From Candidatus Poribacteria bacterium (lineage in GTDB: Bacteria; Poribacteria; WGA-4E; WGA-3G), in contig OY762722.1 of NCBI GenBank assembly GCA_963666305.1, forward strand, positions 130,037 through 194,036: 64,000 bases of DNA, given 5' to 3'. This document shows positions 19,535 to 30,377 of this stretch, piece by piece. Each line of letters begins with the position of its first letter. Position 1 is the first letter of the stretch. The notes below the pieces were generated by a model, which saw only the letters and a program-made list of their open reading frames with translations, was not told the DNA's origin and searched no databases. Both the position numbers and the translations under genes were made by a program.

Positions 19535-20684
19535 ACAGACCCTTCTTCAACAAATTACAGATTTCTGCCGTCTGCTCCGACAGATGGGTGTCAATGTGAC
19601 GACAACCAATCAGTTGAGTTGGTGTGAAAGCGTTCAACTGATCGACATCGGTGAGCGGGAGGCGTTTTATCATACGGCACGCACGAATCTCATCGCTGGA
19701 GAAACCGATCGGGAGACATTTGATGCCGCTTTCAATCTGTTTTGGCGATACCCTCGTCCCGAATTCCAAACAGTGGAGACGGAAGAGGAGACATCAGAAC
19801 CGTCCAGTCTCCAGGAACTCTCCGATGCAAGCGATGAACAAGACATCGTGGATCAATGGTTGGATACTGAAACGGAGGATAGTGAGGAGGGACAGGAGGA
19901 TGATCCGGTCGCTTATAGTGCTGAGGACCTCTTAGCTCGGAAGGATTTCAGCGAGTTCACAAAAGAGGATATGGAAAAAGCGAGGGAGATCGTCGCGAAG
20001 TTGGCGGCAATATTGGCGACAAAACTCAGTCGACGAAAGGTTGTTGGCAAAAAGGGAAAAACTATAGATTTCCGACGAAGTTGGCGACAAAGTCTTGTAC
20101 ACGGCGGCGAACCTCTTGAATTAATTCGGAAACAGCAGAAGATTAAGAAAACCAAGATTCTACTCCTCTGTGATGTGAGCGGCTCAATGGATTGCTATGC
20201 CAAGTTTCTTATCCAATTCATCTACGGCATGCAACAGGAGTTGAGAGAAGTAGAGGTCGCAGTCTTCAGCACACATCTGACAAACATTACAGGACTCCTC
20301 CGACGGAAAGGGTTGGCGGAAGGTTTGAATGAGGTTGCGAATGTCGTGCCGGATTGGTCAGGTGGAACGAAAATCGGTGAAAGTCTGCTGGAATTCTATC
20401 GACAGTTTGCTCCATCTCTCTCGGCATATCGTTCAGTCGTTATCCTCATCAGTGATGGCTGGGATCGAGGCGATGTAGACGTATTGCGCCGTTCTATGGA
20501 GATGTTGCATCGGCATGCACATCGGTTGATTTGGCTCAATCCGTTGCTCGGTAGCGACGGTTATCAGCCGATTTGTCGAGGTATCCGCACGGCTTTGCCG
20601 TATGTGGACTATTTCCTTCCTGCACACAATTTGGAGAGTTTGGCACAATTGACAAAGATATTAATTCCGCTCTGGGCACGATGA
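19526..20684 (+). CDS. VWA domain protein, CoxE-like family
   Basis: CoxE-type N-terminal domain, an acidic linker and a VWA with the MIDAS motif ILLLCDVSGSM; T/D ligands lie downstream. Start placed at ATG 19526 (MTEQ...); the ORF track starts at 19503. Confidence 0.7.
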
Positions 20685-20728
20685 ATGGTGTCTATAACCC
20701 CCAAAAAATAAGATAAGGAACTTTAACT

Positions 20729-21853
20729 ATGCAAGTTCAGGCGGCGGTGATGCTCCAACCGGGGCAAATAGAGATCCGCGAATTTGAGAAACCGACCCCA
20801 GCAGACGACGCACTCCTCTTACATGTGGACAGCGTCGGCATCTGTGGAAGTGATAAACACATGTATCTCGGGCATACTGCCCTAAAATTTCCGGTCATCC
20901 CAGGACATGAAGTCGTTGGCACGGTTGCTGAAATCGGTAAAAATGCGAATCAGGTTATGAATGTGATGGGAGGTCCCATCAAAGCCGGGGACCGTGTGAC
21001 TGTAGTACCCGGTTCAAAGAACTGTGGCAGATGCTATTATTGTTTGCACGTACCGGGTCGTCCGACCTTATGTTCTGGACGAACTATCTACGGGTTCAGC
21101 AACAGCGAAACGCCTCCCTACCTGAATGGTGAATTCGCTGAGTATACCTATATTCACGGCAACTCTTGGGTCTATAAGATGCCGGAAAGCGTCCGAGAGG
21201 AGATTCGCGTATTGACGGAGCCGGTAGCGGTTGCGACACGCGCTGTTGAACGTGCATGTGCTCCCGGTCTACCACAAGTCGGAGATGGTTACAGTATCGG
21301 AAGCAGCGTGGCAGTCCTCGGATGTGGACCGATTGGTCTCCTCGTCGTCGCTGTCTTACGAGATAGCGGTGCTGGTACTATCATTGCCACTGACCTTGTT
21401 GACAGTCGATTAGAGATGGCGAAGCAGATGGGAGCAGATGTGGTCGTCAACGTTGGGGATACAACACCTGAAGAACGGGTCGAGCAAATTCAGGAACTTA
21501 CAAACGGTGTCGGCGTGGACATCGCCATTGAATGTGCAGGCATACCAGCGGTTTTCTCCGAAGCATTGGACGTAGTGAGACGCGGCGGCAAGGTCATTGA
21601 AGTTGGACATTACACCGATTCGGGAGATATTCAAGTCCGACCTCACCAGATTTGCAATAAAGACTTAGATGTTTGCGGTGTATGGGCATATCCGCAGATC
21701 CAGTTTCAAACAGCGTTGGATTTCCTTCAGATAACGCGCGCCCCGTTGCACGAATTGATAACGCATCACCTACCGTTGCACCAATTGGAAAAAGGCATTG
21801 ATATGCTTGGACAAGAAGGCGTTTACAAAGTTGTAATCGAACCACAACTGTAA
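20729..21853 (+). CDS. Zn-dependent alcohol/polyol dehydrogenase (MDR family)
   Basis: GICGSDKHMY, GHEVVGTV and the structural-zinc Cys cluster CGRCYYC are present. Rossmann motif VLGCGPIGL. Confidence 0.8.
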   Translation: MQVQAAVMLQPGQIEIREFEKPTPADDALLLHVDSVGICGSDKHMYLGHTALKFPVIPGHEVVGTVAEIGKNANQVMNVMGGPIKAGDRVTVVPGSKNCGRCYYCLHVPGRPTLCSGRTIYGFSNSETPPYLNGEFAEYTYIHGNSWVYKMPESVREEIRVLTEPVAVATRAVERACAPGLPQVGDGYSIGSSVAVLGCGPIGLLVVAVLRDSGAGTIIATDLVDSRLEMAKQMGADVVVNVGDTTPEERVEQIQELTNGVGVDIAIECAGIPAVFSEALDVVRRGGKVIEVGHYTDSGDIQVRPHQICNKDLDVCGVWAYPQIQFQTALDFLQITRAPLHELITHHLPLHQLEKGIDMLGQEGVYKVVIEPQL

Positions 21854-21995
21854 TAGTAGCAATCGGTTTTCAGCAATCGGCTGTCCGCGGGCGACCTATC
21901 AGTTTACGTAAACTTTCATCTCACAAGGAACCCAAGGGGACTAAAAAACTCTCCTTGCTGACCACTGACACCTAAAATTGTGAGTGGAGGGAACA

Positions 21996-23099
21996 ATGAA
22001 AAACTACAGCAGTCAGCAAAGAAACGATTATCAATCAGCAGTCAAGAGTCAGCAAGACAGGGTAGGTTCATCAGAATCCCCTTTACTGATGGAAACCGAT
22101 AGCCGATGGCTGATAGCCATCTTTCTGATATGTTGTTGTCTGTCATTGAACTTTTTGATTGGCATTAAAGACGGATCTACCGCCGATAGCGAGGGTCCCC
22201 TTTCCGACGAAGTGCCAGTAGAGGGACCTCCGCTCTTCAAAACCATAGAAGGCGCGAAAACTTACATTGTGCAACACCAGAACAAAGATGGCGGTTGGCC
22301 CCTAATCCCGGGCGGAGATAGCAATGTGGAGAGTACCGCTTTCGCGGTTTGGGCATTGATTGATGCCGGGTGGGGCACTGGATCACAGGTCGTCCGAATG
22401 GGGGTTCAATACCTCAGAAACACGCAGTGGGATAACGGAAGTTGGAACAACAACACCGCACACACCACTTTCGCACTTGTCGCCTTAGCAGCAGCGGAAA
22501 CCGATCCCGAAGTCCGTTTTAAAGGGCTTCTCTGGCTGAAAAAAGCACAGAATCGTAGTGGCGGATGGGGAAAAAAAGAGCGCAGTCCTGACAATGTTCT
22601 TTACACTGCCGCCGTATTAGCTGGATTCAGGAGGCTCGGCTTCAAACAAAACTTTGAACCGATCTCTAAAGGTGCAGACTGGCTGGCTGAAGGTATTAAT
22701 TTCGATGGGGGTTGGGCGTTAGAACGTGGTGGCAGATCTGACGTTTTTATAACATCTTGGGTGGTACAAGGCTTGGAGACTGTTTACGATATTGATGTTC
22801 AAATTGCCTGGCTAAAGCAGTTTCAGAATGATGATGGTGGATTCGGGAGATATAAGGGGAGTCCAAGCGATCCAGAAATCACAGCGATTGCAGTTATGGC
22901 ACTCGCTGCCGGAAATGACCCGCTCAACACCCGCCGGATTGCTATCAATTATTTAACAAACATGTGGCAGGAAAATGGCAGTTTTATCAGCAATACACCG
23001 ATTGAACTGTCGGAACCGACCGCCAATTTACAGTCCACCTGTTTTGTCCTTATCGCTATCCATGCCAAAACGCCGGATGAGCTTGCTGTAGAACAATAA
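21996..23099 (+). CDS. prenyltransferase/squalene-oxidase repeat (terpenoid-cyclase-like alpha/alpha toroid) protein, membrane-anchored/secreted
   Basis: Repeated QxxDGGW/GxW motifs (QNKDGGWP, QWDNGSW, QNRSGGWG, NFDGGWA, QNDDGGFG) and an N-terminal hydrophobic segment. Start placed at ATG 21996 after a GGAGGG RBS. Confidence 0.6.
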   Translation: MKNYSSQQRNDYQSAVKSQQDRVGSSESPLLMETDSRWLIAIFLICCCLSLNFLIGIKDGSTADSEGPLSDEVPVEGPPLFKTIEGAKTYIVQHQNKDGGWPLIPGGDSNVESTAFAVWALIDAGWGTGSQVVRMGVQYLRNTQWDNGSWNNNTAHTTFALVALAAAETDPEVRFKGLLWLKKAQNRSGGWGKKERSPDNVLYTAAVLAGFRRLGFKQNFEPISKGADWLAEGINFDGGWALERGGRSDVFITSWVVQGLETVYDIDVQIAWLKQFQNDDGGFGRYKGSPSDPEITAIAVMALAAGNDPLNTRRIAINYLTNMWQENGSFISNTPIELSEPTANLQSTCFVLIAIHAKTPDELAVEQ

Positions 23100-23128
23100 G
23101 CAAAATCTGAGGGCAGAGAGAAACGGTA

Positions 23129-24556
23129 CTACCGCCGTTCATCAGCTCCAATGCTCTGTCTTGCCAATGCCCCCGGCATAATATAGTGTTCACCTTTGGT
23201 TACCTGAGCGACCTGCTGTTGGAAATTATCTCCGATGGAGTTGCTTCGCATGGAGGTAACCCCGCCGATGACGTAAACCCGAGCAAACGCACCGCGACAT
23301 ACTGAAATTGCTTTGCCTGCGGTATACCCTTTTTCTGATCGTTTGCTCGTTGGTTCATCTGTGACGATGATGAGGACAAGGTTGCGTCCTTCTTCGGTGC
23401 GGAGTTTTGGCACTCCTTCAATGATGGCATCCAATAGATGCTCATCGCCGTTTTTTGGGAGGCGAAATAGCGACTTTACCTGCTCTGCTTCCAATGGGGG
23501 CTTGGTTATCACAACAGTACTCTCGCCACCGCCGACTGCCGCCCAAAACCGGATCATCCCAAACCGATAATCCAGTCCCGCCGTCTTGAATACGGAAACC
23601 ATGAGATCCAAACCGTCGCATGCGGGATCCGTCTTGGTTTGCATACTCAAACTGTAATCAAAGACGAACACAACGTCTACTTTACCGGGGTTACTCGCAA
23701 CCAGATTCTCGGCAATGCGTTTAAACAAGCCATCGATCCTGAGGAGCGCCTTGTCGGCAATCGTTCCACCGCTCCGAATGCGCTGTCCATCCATCCGCCG
23801 TTGATTTGAATCAATTGGGTACCACATACCGTTCGTTTGATCTGTAAGTTCCGCCTGAATCTTTTCGCTAATACCGATAAAGTTGAGTTGTACGTTGTTT
23901 TTTCGACAAAGGTCAATAATTTGTCCGCTAATTTTGCTTTTTGCCTGTGCTTCTGTCCATGAAGTGCGCATCCGAGAGTTGGTTATCACGACGAACTGCG
24001 TTACAACCTCTTCTCGGAATTCCAACTCGCTCAAACCTTTTACTACAGCATCAAGTCCATATCCAGATTCGACGTTGTTCCCGGATTCGACTCGCATATC
24101 CTCGAAAGCACTTTCAATGCTGAGGTAGTCAAATGTCCATTGATGGAAATTGACGCGTGGTTCTCCGTATACCGAATGAAAGCTCACCAATGCAAATCGG
24201 TAGTCCATCGTTTTCGCCTCCATAACGGTGAGCATGTCAATGAGTCTATTTTCAAGGGCGGCGAGATGTCGTGACATCTGTCTACTACCGTCCACGACGA
24301 ATACTACATCTACCTTTGGATTCTGAGCGTGTTGCGTTGCGCGTTTTGCGATGTCCTTGAGGCTTGCGCCAATATCCGCTTTGAGAGGTATTTCCTTCTT
24401 CGCCCGCGGATCTACCATGATCCTGTGTTTCCGTCGAGGCGGACGAACCTGTGCCGATGCTTGCAATGTGCCTACCAACAGTCCTATGGCAAGCAAGCAG
24501 CATATCCAAACCTTTTGGTCCCACTTGCAAACTAAACCTTGCTTAACAAAAGTCAT
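23129..24556 (-). CDS. membrane-anchored/secreted protein with two VWA domains
   Basis: N-terminal TM/signal segment and two DxSxS-like MIDAS motifs (VDVVFVVDGSRQMS and VDVVFVFDYSLSMQ). Confidence 0.65.
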   Translation of the reverse strand: MTFVKQGLVCKWDQKVWICCLLAIGLLVGTLQASAQVRPPRRKHRIMVDPRAKKEIPLKADIGASLKDIAKRATQHAQNPKVDVVFVVDGSRQMSRHLAALENRLIDMLTVMEAKTMDYRFALVSFHSVYGEPRVNFHQWTFDYLSIESAFEDMRVESGNNVESGYGLDAVVKGLSELEFREEVVTQFVVITNSRMRTSWTEAQAKSKISGQIIDLCRKNNVQLNFIGISEKIQAELTDQTNGMWYPIDSNQRRMDGQRIRSGGTIADKALLRIDGLFKRIAENLVASNPGKVDVVFVFDYSLSMQTKTDPACDGLDLMVSVFKTAGLDYRFGMIRFWAAVGGGESTVVITKPPLEAEQVKSLFRLPKNGDEHLLDAIIEGVPKLRTEEGRNLVLIIVTDEPTSKRSEKGYTAGKAISVCRGAFARVYVIGGVTSMRSNSIGDNFQQQVAQVTKGEHYIMPGALARQSIGADERR

Positions 24557-24617
24557 ATCATCTCCGAATTAAAATTCAATTATGGTAAACTTTAGAATTA
24601 ATTGCACACTCTGCACC

Positions 24618-24638
24618 GGCGAGGTTAGAAACCTCGCC
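24618..24638. repeat. palindromic hairpin element GGCGAGGTT-AGA-AACCTCGCC (second copy of the 16186 hairpin)
   Basis: Same 9-bp arms and CTGCA-proximal context as the terminator at 16186-16206, but with no T-tract. Confidence 0.4.
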
Positions 24639-24703
24639 TACCCGGGGAGGGGAGAATGTCTGCTTATTTTTCTGGTTTACCATAGATGCTGCGGCACTCG
24701 CAG

Positions 24704-25681
24704 CTAATATGTGTCCAAGTCAATTTCTTCCTCGCTAAACCGGAGGTGTGCTTGATTGATTAATTCAACAATACCGCCCCACTGCTCGCGCGTTCGGTCA
24801 GAAATACCATCCCTTTCAAGTGCCTCAGCAAATTCAAGGAGGGTTTCGCTAAACTTGTCTTGCAAGTAGACATACTCCTCAGTCTGATCTGCGTTCTTCG
24901 GTGGCTCGAAGCTTGAGATGCTCTCTGCATATCTAACCAGTCCTTTCACCGCCTCAATGGCTTTCTCTTTGCTTTCTTTATCATCAAAGTAATCAACGAC
25001 AACAAAATAGTCATCTATCATCAATGCCATAAGTGCTTTGAGATCGTCAACCTCAGGCATATTTTCCTCTGGAATATCAGGCTCCGGTGCTTTTTCGGCA
25101 TCAGGCTCCGATTCTTGTTTTAGAAAGAGAGCATAACTCATAACCAACGTCTTCTTTGGAATCAAAGCGACCGCGCTTGCAGCATCTTTATGCCCGTTGA
25201 TAACTTCGATATCCACTCCCACCTTGAAAGCATCGTCTCTGCCCATACCGATAAACTGCTTGAGAAATTCTTCCGCTGCAATAGCGTCTGACTCCTTATG
25301 TTCATAGATTCCCACTTTTATGACCTTCCCTCTCATATCCAGTCCAACGGCACCTTTAATAACGCCGTGCGGTCCCTCTGCATCAGCAAACAACACCAAA
25401 CCCATCGGCTTCTTTCTATCGCTAATCGGAATGTGGAAAGTCGGTTTCAGGTCTTCCGCTCGAAGCTTAACACCGAGTTCCTTCTCTATAGAAACTATTT
25501 TGTCTGGATCAATGACAGGATTTCGTTGAACAAATTTTTTGGCTTTCGGGAAGATGGTTTCCGCCAGTTTCTCACCGGATAACTCACCAGCACTGCTAAG
25601 TAGTGGTGTGCTCAGTATGAAAAAAATAAGTCCTAACAGAATACCTGTTCGAGGCTGCCGATAGATGTCGGAAAACATCAC
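24704..25681 (-). CDS. hypothetical secreted protein with acidic C-terminal region
   Basis: 325 aa with an N-terminal signal peptide. No confident domain assignment. Confidence 0.4.
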   Translation of the reverse strand: MMFSDIYRQPRTGILLGLIFFILSTPLLSSAGELSGEKLAETIFPKAKKFVQRNPVIDPDKIVSIEKELGVKLRAEDLKPTFHIPISDRKKPMGLVLFADAEGPHGVIKGAVGLDMRGKVIKVGIYEHKESDAIAAEEFLKQFIGMGRDDAFKVGVDIEVINGHKDAASAVALIPKKTLVMSYALFLKQESEPDAEKAPEPDIPEENMPEVDDLKALMALMIDDYFVVVDYFDDKESKEKAIEAVKGLVRYAESISSFEPPKNADQTEEYVYLQDKFSETLLEFAEALERDGISDRTREQWGGIVELINQAHLRFSEEEIDLDTY

Positions 25682-25933
25682 AATCTCCTTTTTTAACGAT
25701 GGGAATCTGGGCGTTACTCCAAAAGTAAAGCATTCTCACTGCGAAGCAAAATTATGCCATTTAAGGCACAACTTCGTTTCATAACGGTGTCTGGTTAATT
25801 CCAACGCTGGGATTTGAGCATTTTTTACGAACTTTTATTTACGCCGTAAGTTTATCAGAAATCATTTTTTTTATAAAGACTTTTACTGCAGCTCCCCATT
25901 CAAGAGAGTCCTCAGACAACTTAAACCTTTCGC

Positions 25934-26548
25934 TTATAATCCTAAGACTTCTAAACGAAAAGTGACGCTATGGCGGTTTAACCACAACACTTCAACGTTT
26001 GGTCTGGCAGGCACACTCACCTTTGGTCTCAAAAAACTGAATTGATAGCCGAATGATCCATTTAACTGTGCCACCCCAAAAATATTCTCAATCAGTCTTA
26101 TGTTGAGTCCAGTAGATGCTTCCGCACCAAAAGTATTCTGAATATTCGCTGGTGCGGAGAACTGTTCAGTAAAGGCATAGAAATTTGACCCGAGTCCAAT
26201 AAAAGGTGCCCATTTCCCACGTCCACCGAGCGTCAACATCATACCAACAGTTTCAACACCCAACGTCCCGAAGGGTAGGATATCCGTGTTGCCGCCGCGC
26301 GTATCCACGACGTAACTACTGAATGGGACTGAGAACTGGAGTGCGGATGTCAACTGATATCCTATTGAGAATTCTTCAGTACGTGCGGTCTCCAGTTCAT
26401 CATCAGTGAACGCCAATCCGCGCCCCGTACTTACGACCGCCCCTTTGGCAACATGTAAGTATTTTTCAAGTTCAAATGCAGTACCGACAGTTGGTAATCC
26501 GATAAGACCGACAAATATGCAGATGCTGAATTCAGTCAGAAGTCTCAT
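25934..26548 (-). CDS. small outer-membrane beta-barrel protein
   Basis: Signal peptide, alternating amphipathic beta-strands and a C-terminal aromatic-rich strand. Confidence 0.5.
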   Translation of the reverse strand: MRLLTEFSICIFVGLIGLPTVGTAFELEKYLHVAKGAVVSTGRGLAFTDDELETARTEEFSIGYQLTSALQFSVPFSSYVVDTRGGNTDILPFGTLGVETVGMMLTLGGRGKWAPFIGLGSNFYAFTEQFSAPANIQNTFGAEASTGLNIRLIENIFGVAQLNGSFGYQFSFLRPKVSVPARPNVEVLWLNRHSVTFRLEVLGL

Positions 26549-26601
26549 GATTCCTCATTCCTCCAATACTTGCTGAAAAAAGTAATCTTGATATATCTCC
26601 T

Positions 26602-29600
26602 CTACCGTTGGCGAATCCAGTGTTCAACAGGATAGAAGAGAGAGAATAACACTGGTGCTAAAATAAGGTTAGCCACCGTTGCCGAGACCATTCCGCCGAA
26701 GGTAGGGACCGCGATAGGTTTCATCAATTCCGCGCCAGTCGTGGTGCTAATTTCTGCTAACATAATTGGTAATAACGCCAAGATCGTGGTCGCTGTGGTC
26801 ATGATGATGGGGCGGACACGCAATAAACCAGCATTGATTACGGCTTCGTCAATCGGTTCGCCACCCCGAACGCGTTCCAGTAAGTATTCGATTAAGACAA
26901 TTCCATCTTCGACAGCTATGCCAAATAAGGCTATATATCCCACCCACACCGCTGTGCTATATTTAATGGCGTAACCGCCGCCGAGTGCTTCTGGCACAAA
27001 CGCCATCAACCACTGCATCCACATACCACCGATGAATGCGAAGGGAATCGCAAGAAAGATCGAAAACATCGCAGAAGGCGACTTGAACTGGAGATATAGC
27101 AATATAAAAATGGCCGCAATACATACTGGTACGACAATCGTTAACCGATTGCGGGCTTCCAATTCAGCTTCATACTGTCCGCTGAAAGCGTAGAAGTAGC
27201 CTTGCGGTAGCGTCGGCTTAATCTTTTCATCAAGGGTCTCTTGGGCTAATGCCACGAAGTCAACCAGTCCAATGGTGTCAACATCCACATCACAAAAGAC
27301 TCGAGAAAAGAGTAACGTATTTTCGCTGGCGATCTTCGCGGGACCGGGTCGCCTTTCGATTTTTACGAGTTGCTCAAGTGGAATATGTAGTCCTTTTGGT
27401 GACGGCACGAGGACACGCTTAAGTGCTTCAATATTATCCCGCAATTCTCTCATATAACGGATACGAATCGGAAATCGCTCCCGCCCTTCAACGGTATGGG
27501 TCAGATTCATACCGCCGATGGCTGTCATGATAATTTGCTGTACCGCCCGGATTTGGATGCCGTAGCGAGCAGCTTCCTCTCGATCGATGTGAAATTCAAG
27601 ATACGGCTTATTTCCAATGCGCTCGGCATAGGGACCCCGTGCGCCCTCAAGTTTGAGGAGTTCCTGCTCAATGCGGACCGCAATCTCCTCAATTTTGGCA
27701 AGGTCTTTACCGAACACCTTAATTCCGATTGGGGTTTGTATACCCGTTGCGAGCATATCAACGCGATTACGTATGGGCTGCGTCATAATGGGTGAAACCC
27801 CGGGCATCCGAGTAGCCTCTGTCAGTTCGGCAATGAGTTCGTTTCGGTTCTTAGTTCGGAAGTAAGTTTTATGCTTGAGGGTAGGCTCAATCTCTTCAGC
27901 GATCTGATGAAGCTTCGCTTCAGTCTCAGATTCACCTATTTTAACGTGTTCCAATCCCATCCCACCCATCCGCTTTTCAGCGAGGAGTTCTTCTAAAAGG
28001 ATTCGTAATAACCAGATGCGATACAACTGTTCGCGCTCGTCAACCGACAAATAAGAGTTGTGATACGTTGTTGCTAAGGTATCAAATCGTTTTACGGTTG
28101 CCGTAACAATATCATCCAGAAAATCAGCATTGATATGACTGGCATGTTCCTCGCTTATCAGCCCTGCGCGTTTTAAGCGTTGGACAAGATCGGACACAAG
28201 TTCCTCCATTGAATTGCGTTTAACCGATCGTCGGGGCCACTCCGCTGGGTCAACTATATTGACAATAGTTTCAAACATACCAATTGGGGCAGGATCGGTC
28301 GCTGTCATTGCGCGCCCCAACTTTCCAACGACAAGTGAAACTTCCGGGAATCGATTCATAATCAAATCCTGCTTCGCCATGACATCCTTTGCTTGCGTAA
28401 TTGAGGCACCCGGAAGCAGCACCGGCATAAACAGCAGTGCCCCTTCGTTAAGTGGCGGCATGAATTCCTGCCCAATATTTTTATAGAAAGGGGTCAGCGG
28501 TATGCTTGCGAGAAATATAAGTATCGCCAAGACAACAACAGCGAGTTTCGTCCAAATATTTTTTACAGCCAATCGAATAATCGGGCGATAACTGGTTCTG
28601 AGTACCCACGTAATCCCATCGGCTAATTTTCTTAGAGGAAAGCTGAGTAGGGAGAAGAATTGTGCTATTAGTTTGGAAACCATACCCGTTCGGGTACGGG
28701 TTGGGTCTGCAAGTAGAAATGACGCTAAAACTGGTACCAGACTAATCGCTATGAGGGCTGCCCCAAGCATAGCGAAAGTTTTTGTATAGGCAAGCGGTTT
28801 GAAGAGTTTACCTGCTTGACCGGTGAGAGAAAAGACAGGTATGAAGGCGACGATAACGATGAGCATTGCAAAGAAAATAGGGGGTCCCACCTCTTTAGCG
28901 GCACGGGTTACAACCTGAAGTTTGCTTTCACCTGGATGCGGTTCCTGTAAATGTCGCGTGATATTTTCTGTCATCACAATACCCGCATCCACCATCACCC
29001 CAATCGCGATAGCAATGCCACCCATTGACATGATGTTTGATGGTAAACCAATAATCCGCATGCCCACAAACGAAAGCAGAACCCCCATCGGTAAGACAAG
29101 TGCTATTATCAAACTACTTGAAACTTGACCCAAGAAAAGCAGGATAACAACTGCTGCGACAATGATTTCCTCTGTTAGCGTTTCTTTTAGTGTGTCTGTT
29201 GCCCGGTGAATGAGATGGCTCCGGTCGTAGAACGGGACAATTCGGACACCTGATGGAAGCCCAGGCGCGAGCTCCGCTATTTTCGCTTTGACATTCTCAA
29301 TCACACGTAACGGATTGTCACCGTATCGCATTAGCACGACCCCGCCGGTTGCCGGGATACCTGCTTTGTCTAAAGCACCGCGCCGAAAATCGGGACCTTC
29401 GCTGACTGTTCCAAGGTTTTTGACATAGATGGGTACACCGTTATGTGCCTTGACAACAATATTTTCTATATCCGAGATGCTTTTGATAAACCCCAAACCC
29501 CGAATTAGAAACTCCATCCCGCCTTCCTCAATAACTTTCGCACCAACATCAAGGTTGCTCCCTCGGACAGCGTTGTAAACCATTGACAACGGCACGTCAT

Positions 29601-30270
29601 ACGCTAACAAGGTATTTGGATCAATGTCAATCTGATACTGTTTGACGTATCCACCGACCGAGGCGACTTCAGAAACGCCATCAGCAGAGGCGAGATAGTA
29701 ACGAACCGTCCAGTCTTGGAGTGTCCGAAGCTCATGAAGCTCCAAATTGGAGGCAATAAGCGTCTCTCCATCTTCCGGACAGGTGCCCGGCTCGGCATAG
29801 CGTTCCGTTGGATGATTCGGGCAATAATATCCATTCTCAACGGTATACCAAAACACCTGTCCAACACCTGTTGCATCGGGACCGAGGACCGGCACAACTC
29901 CTTCTGGCATGTCCTTTTGTGCAAGATTCATTCGCTCCAACACGCGTGTACGTGCCCAATAGAAATCAACATCATCTTTAAAGATAATGTTAATGTAGCC
30001 AAAACTAAACATTGAAGTCGAGCGAACATCTTTGACATCGGGAATTCCGAGCATGGTAATGCTCAACGGATAGATAACCTGATCTTCAATGTCTCGTGGG
30101 CTTCGTCCGGGCCAATCCGCGAAGACGATAACCTGGTTTTCGCCAATGTCCGGCATAGCATCAATTGGTGTCCGGTTCAACGCCCACCAGCCCGCCATTG
30201 TCACAAAAACAAAGATAACTAATACTAACAGGCGGTTTTTCATACAGATTTCAATAATTCGGTTAATCAT
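26602..30270 (-). CDS. cusA: heavy-metal efflux RND permease (CusA/CzcA, HME family) with inserted metal-binding module
   Basis: 1222 aa with 12 TM helices and conserved RND motifs. Periplasmic insert YYCPNHP...CPEDGETL resembles the HMBD Cys motif. An extra ~150-aa helical insert is present. Confidence 0.85.
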   Translation of the reverse strand: MINRIIEICMKNRLLVLVIFVFVTMAGWWALNRTPIDAMPDIGENQVIVFADWPGRSPRDIEDQVIYPLSITMLGIPDVKDVRSTSMFSFGYINIIFKDDVDFYWARTRVLERMNLAQKDMPEGVVPVLGPDATGVGQVFWYTVENGYYCPNHPTERYAEPGTCPEDGETLIASNLELHELRTLQDWTVRYYLASADGVSEVASVGGYVKQYQIDIDPNTLLAYDVPLSMVYNAVRGSNLDVGAKVIEEGGMEFLIRGLGFIKSISDIENIVVKAHNGVPIYVKNLGTVSEGPDFRRGALDKAGIPATGGVVLMRYGDNPLRVIENVKAKIAELAPGLPSGVRIVPFYDRSHLIHRATDTLKETLTEEIIVAAVVILLFLGQVSSSLIIALVLPMGVLLSFVGMRIIGLPSNIMSMGGIAIAIGVMVDAGIVMTENITRHLQEPHPGESKLQVVTRAAKEVGPPIFFAMLIVIVAFIPVFSLTGQAGKLFKPLAYTKTFAMLGAALIAISLVPVLASFLLADPTRTRTGMVSKLIAQFFSLLSFPLRKLADGITWVLRTSYRPIIRLAVKNIWTKLAVVVLAILIFLASIPLTPFYKNIGQEFMPPLNEGALLFMPVLLPGASITQAKDVMAKQDLIMNRFPEVSLVVGKLGRAMTATDPAPIGMFETIVNIVDPAEWPRRSVKRNSMEELVSDLVQRLKRAGLISEEHASHINADFLDDIVTATVKRFDTLATTYHNSYLSVDEREQLYRIWLLRILLEELLAEKRMGGMGLEHVKIGESETEAKLHQIAEEIEPTLKHKTYFRTKNRNELIAELTEATRMPGVSPIMTQPIRNRVDMLATGIQTPIGIKVFGKDLAKIEEIAVRIEQELLKLEGARGPYAERIGNKPYLEFHIDREEAARYGIQIRAVQQIIMTAIGGMNLTHTVEGRERFPIRIRYMRELRDNIEALKRVLVPSPKGLHIPLEQLVKIERRPGPAKIASENTLLFSRVFCDVDVDTIGLVDFVALAQETLDEKIKPTLPQGYFYAFSGQYEAELEARNRLTIVVPVCIAAIFILLYLQFKSPSAMFSIFLAIPFAFIGGMWMQWLMAFVPEALGGGYAIKYSTAVWVGYIALFGIAVEDGIVLIEYLLERVRGGEPIDEAVINAGLLRVRPIIMTTATTILALLPIMLAEISTTTGAELMKPIAVPTFGGMVSATVANLILAPVLFSLFYPVEHWIRQR

Positions 30271-30377
30271 TTTTAGTGGTTATCAGTTGTCGGTTAAGAG
30301 ATTTTCGTCTGACAACGCCTCTTATCTGATGCCTGAAAGGATTTTTGAAAAAATCCGTACTGACAACTGACGACTCC

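Noticed and set aside
21984-21995. A GTG start four codons upstream of the terpenoid-cyclase-repeat gene (MEGT...).
   Set aside because: An ATG at 21996 with a GGAGGG RBS 5 nt upstream is better supported.
24704-25681. Possible FMN-binding (RnfG/NosR-like) domain in the 325-aa secreted protein.
   Set aside because: The SGAT FMN-attachment motif is absent and the similarity is only vague, so I kept the call as hypothetical.
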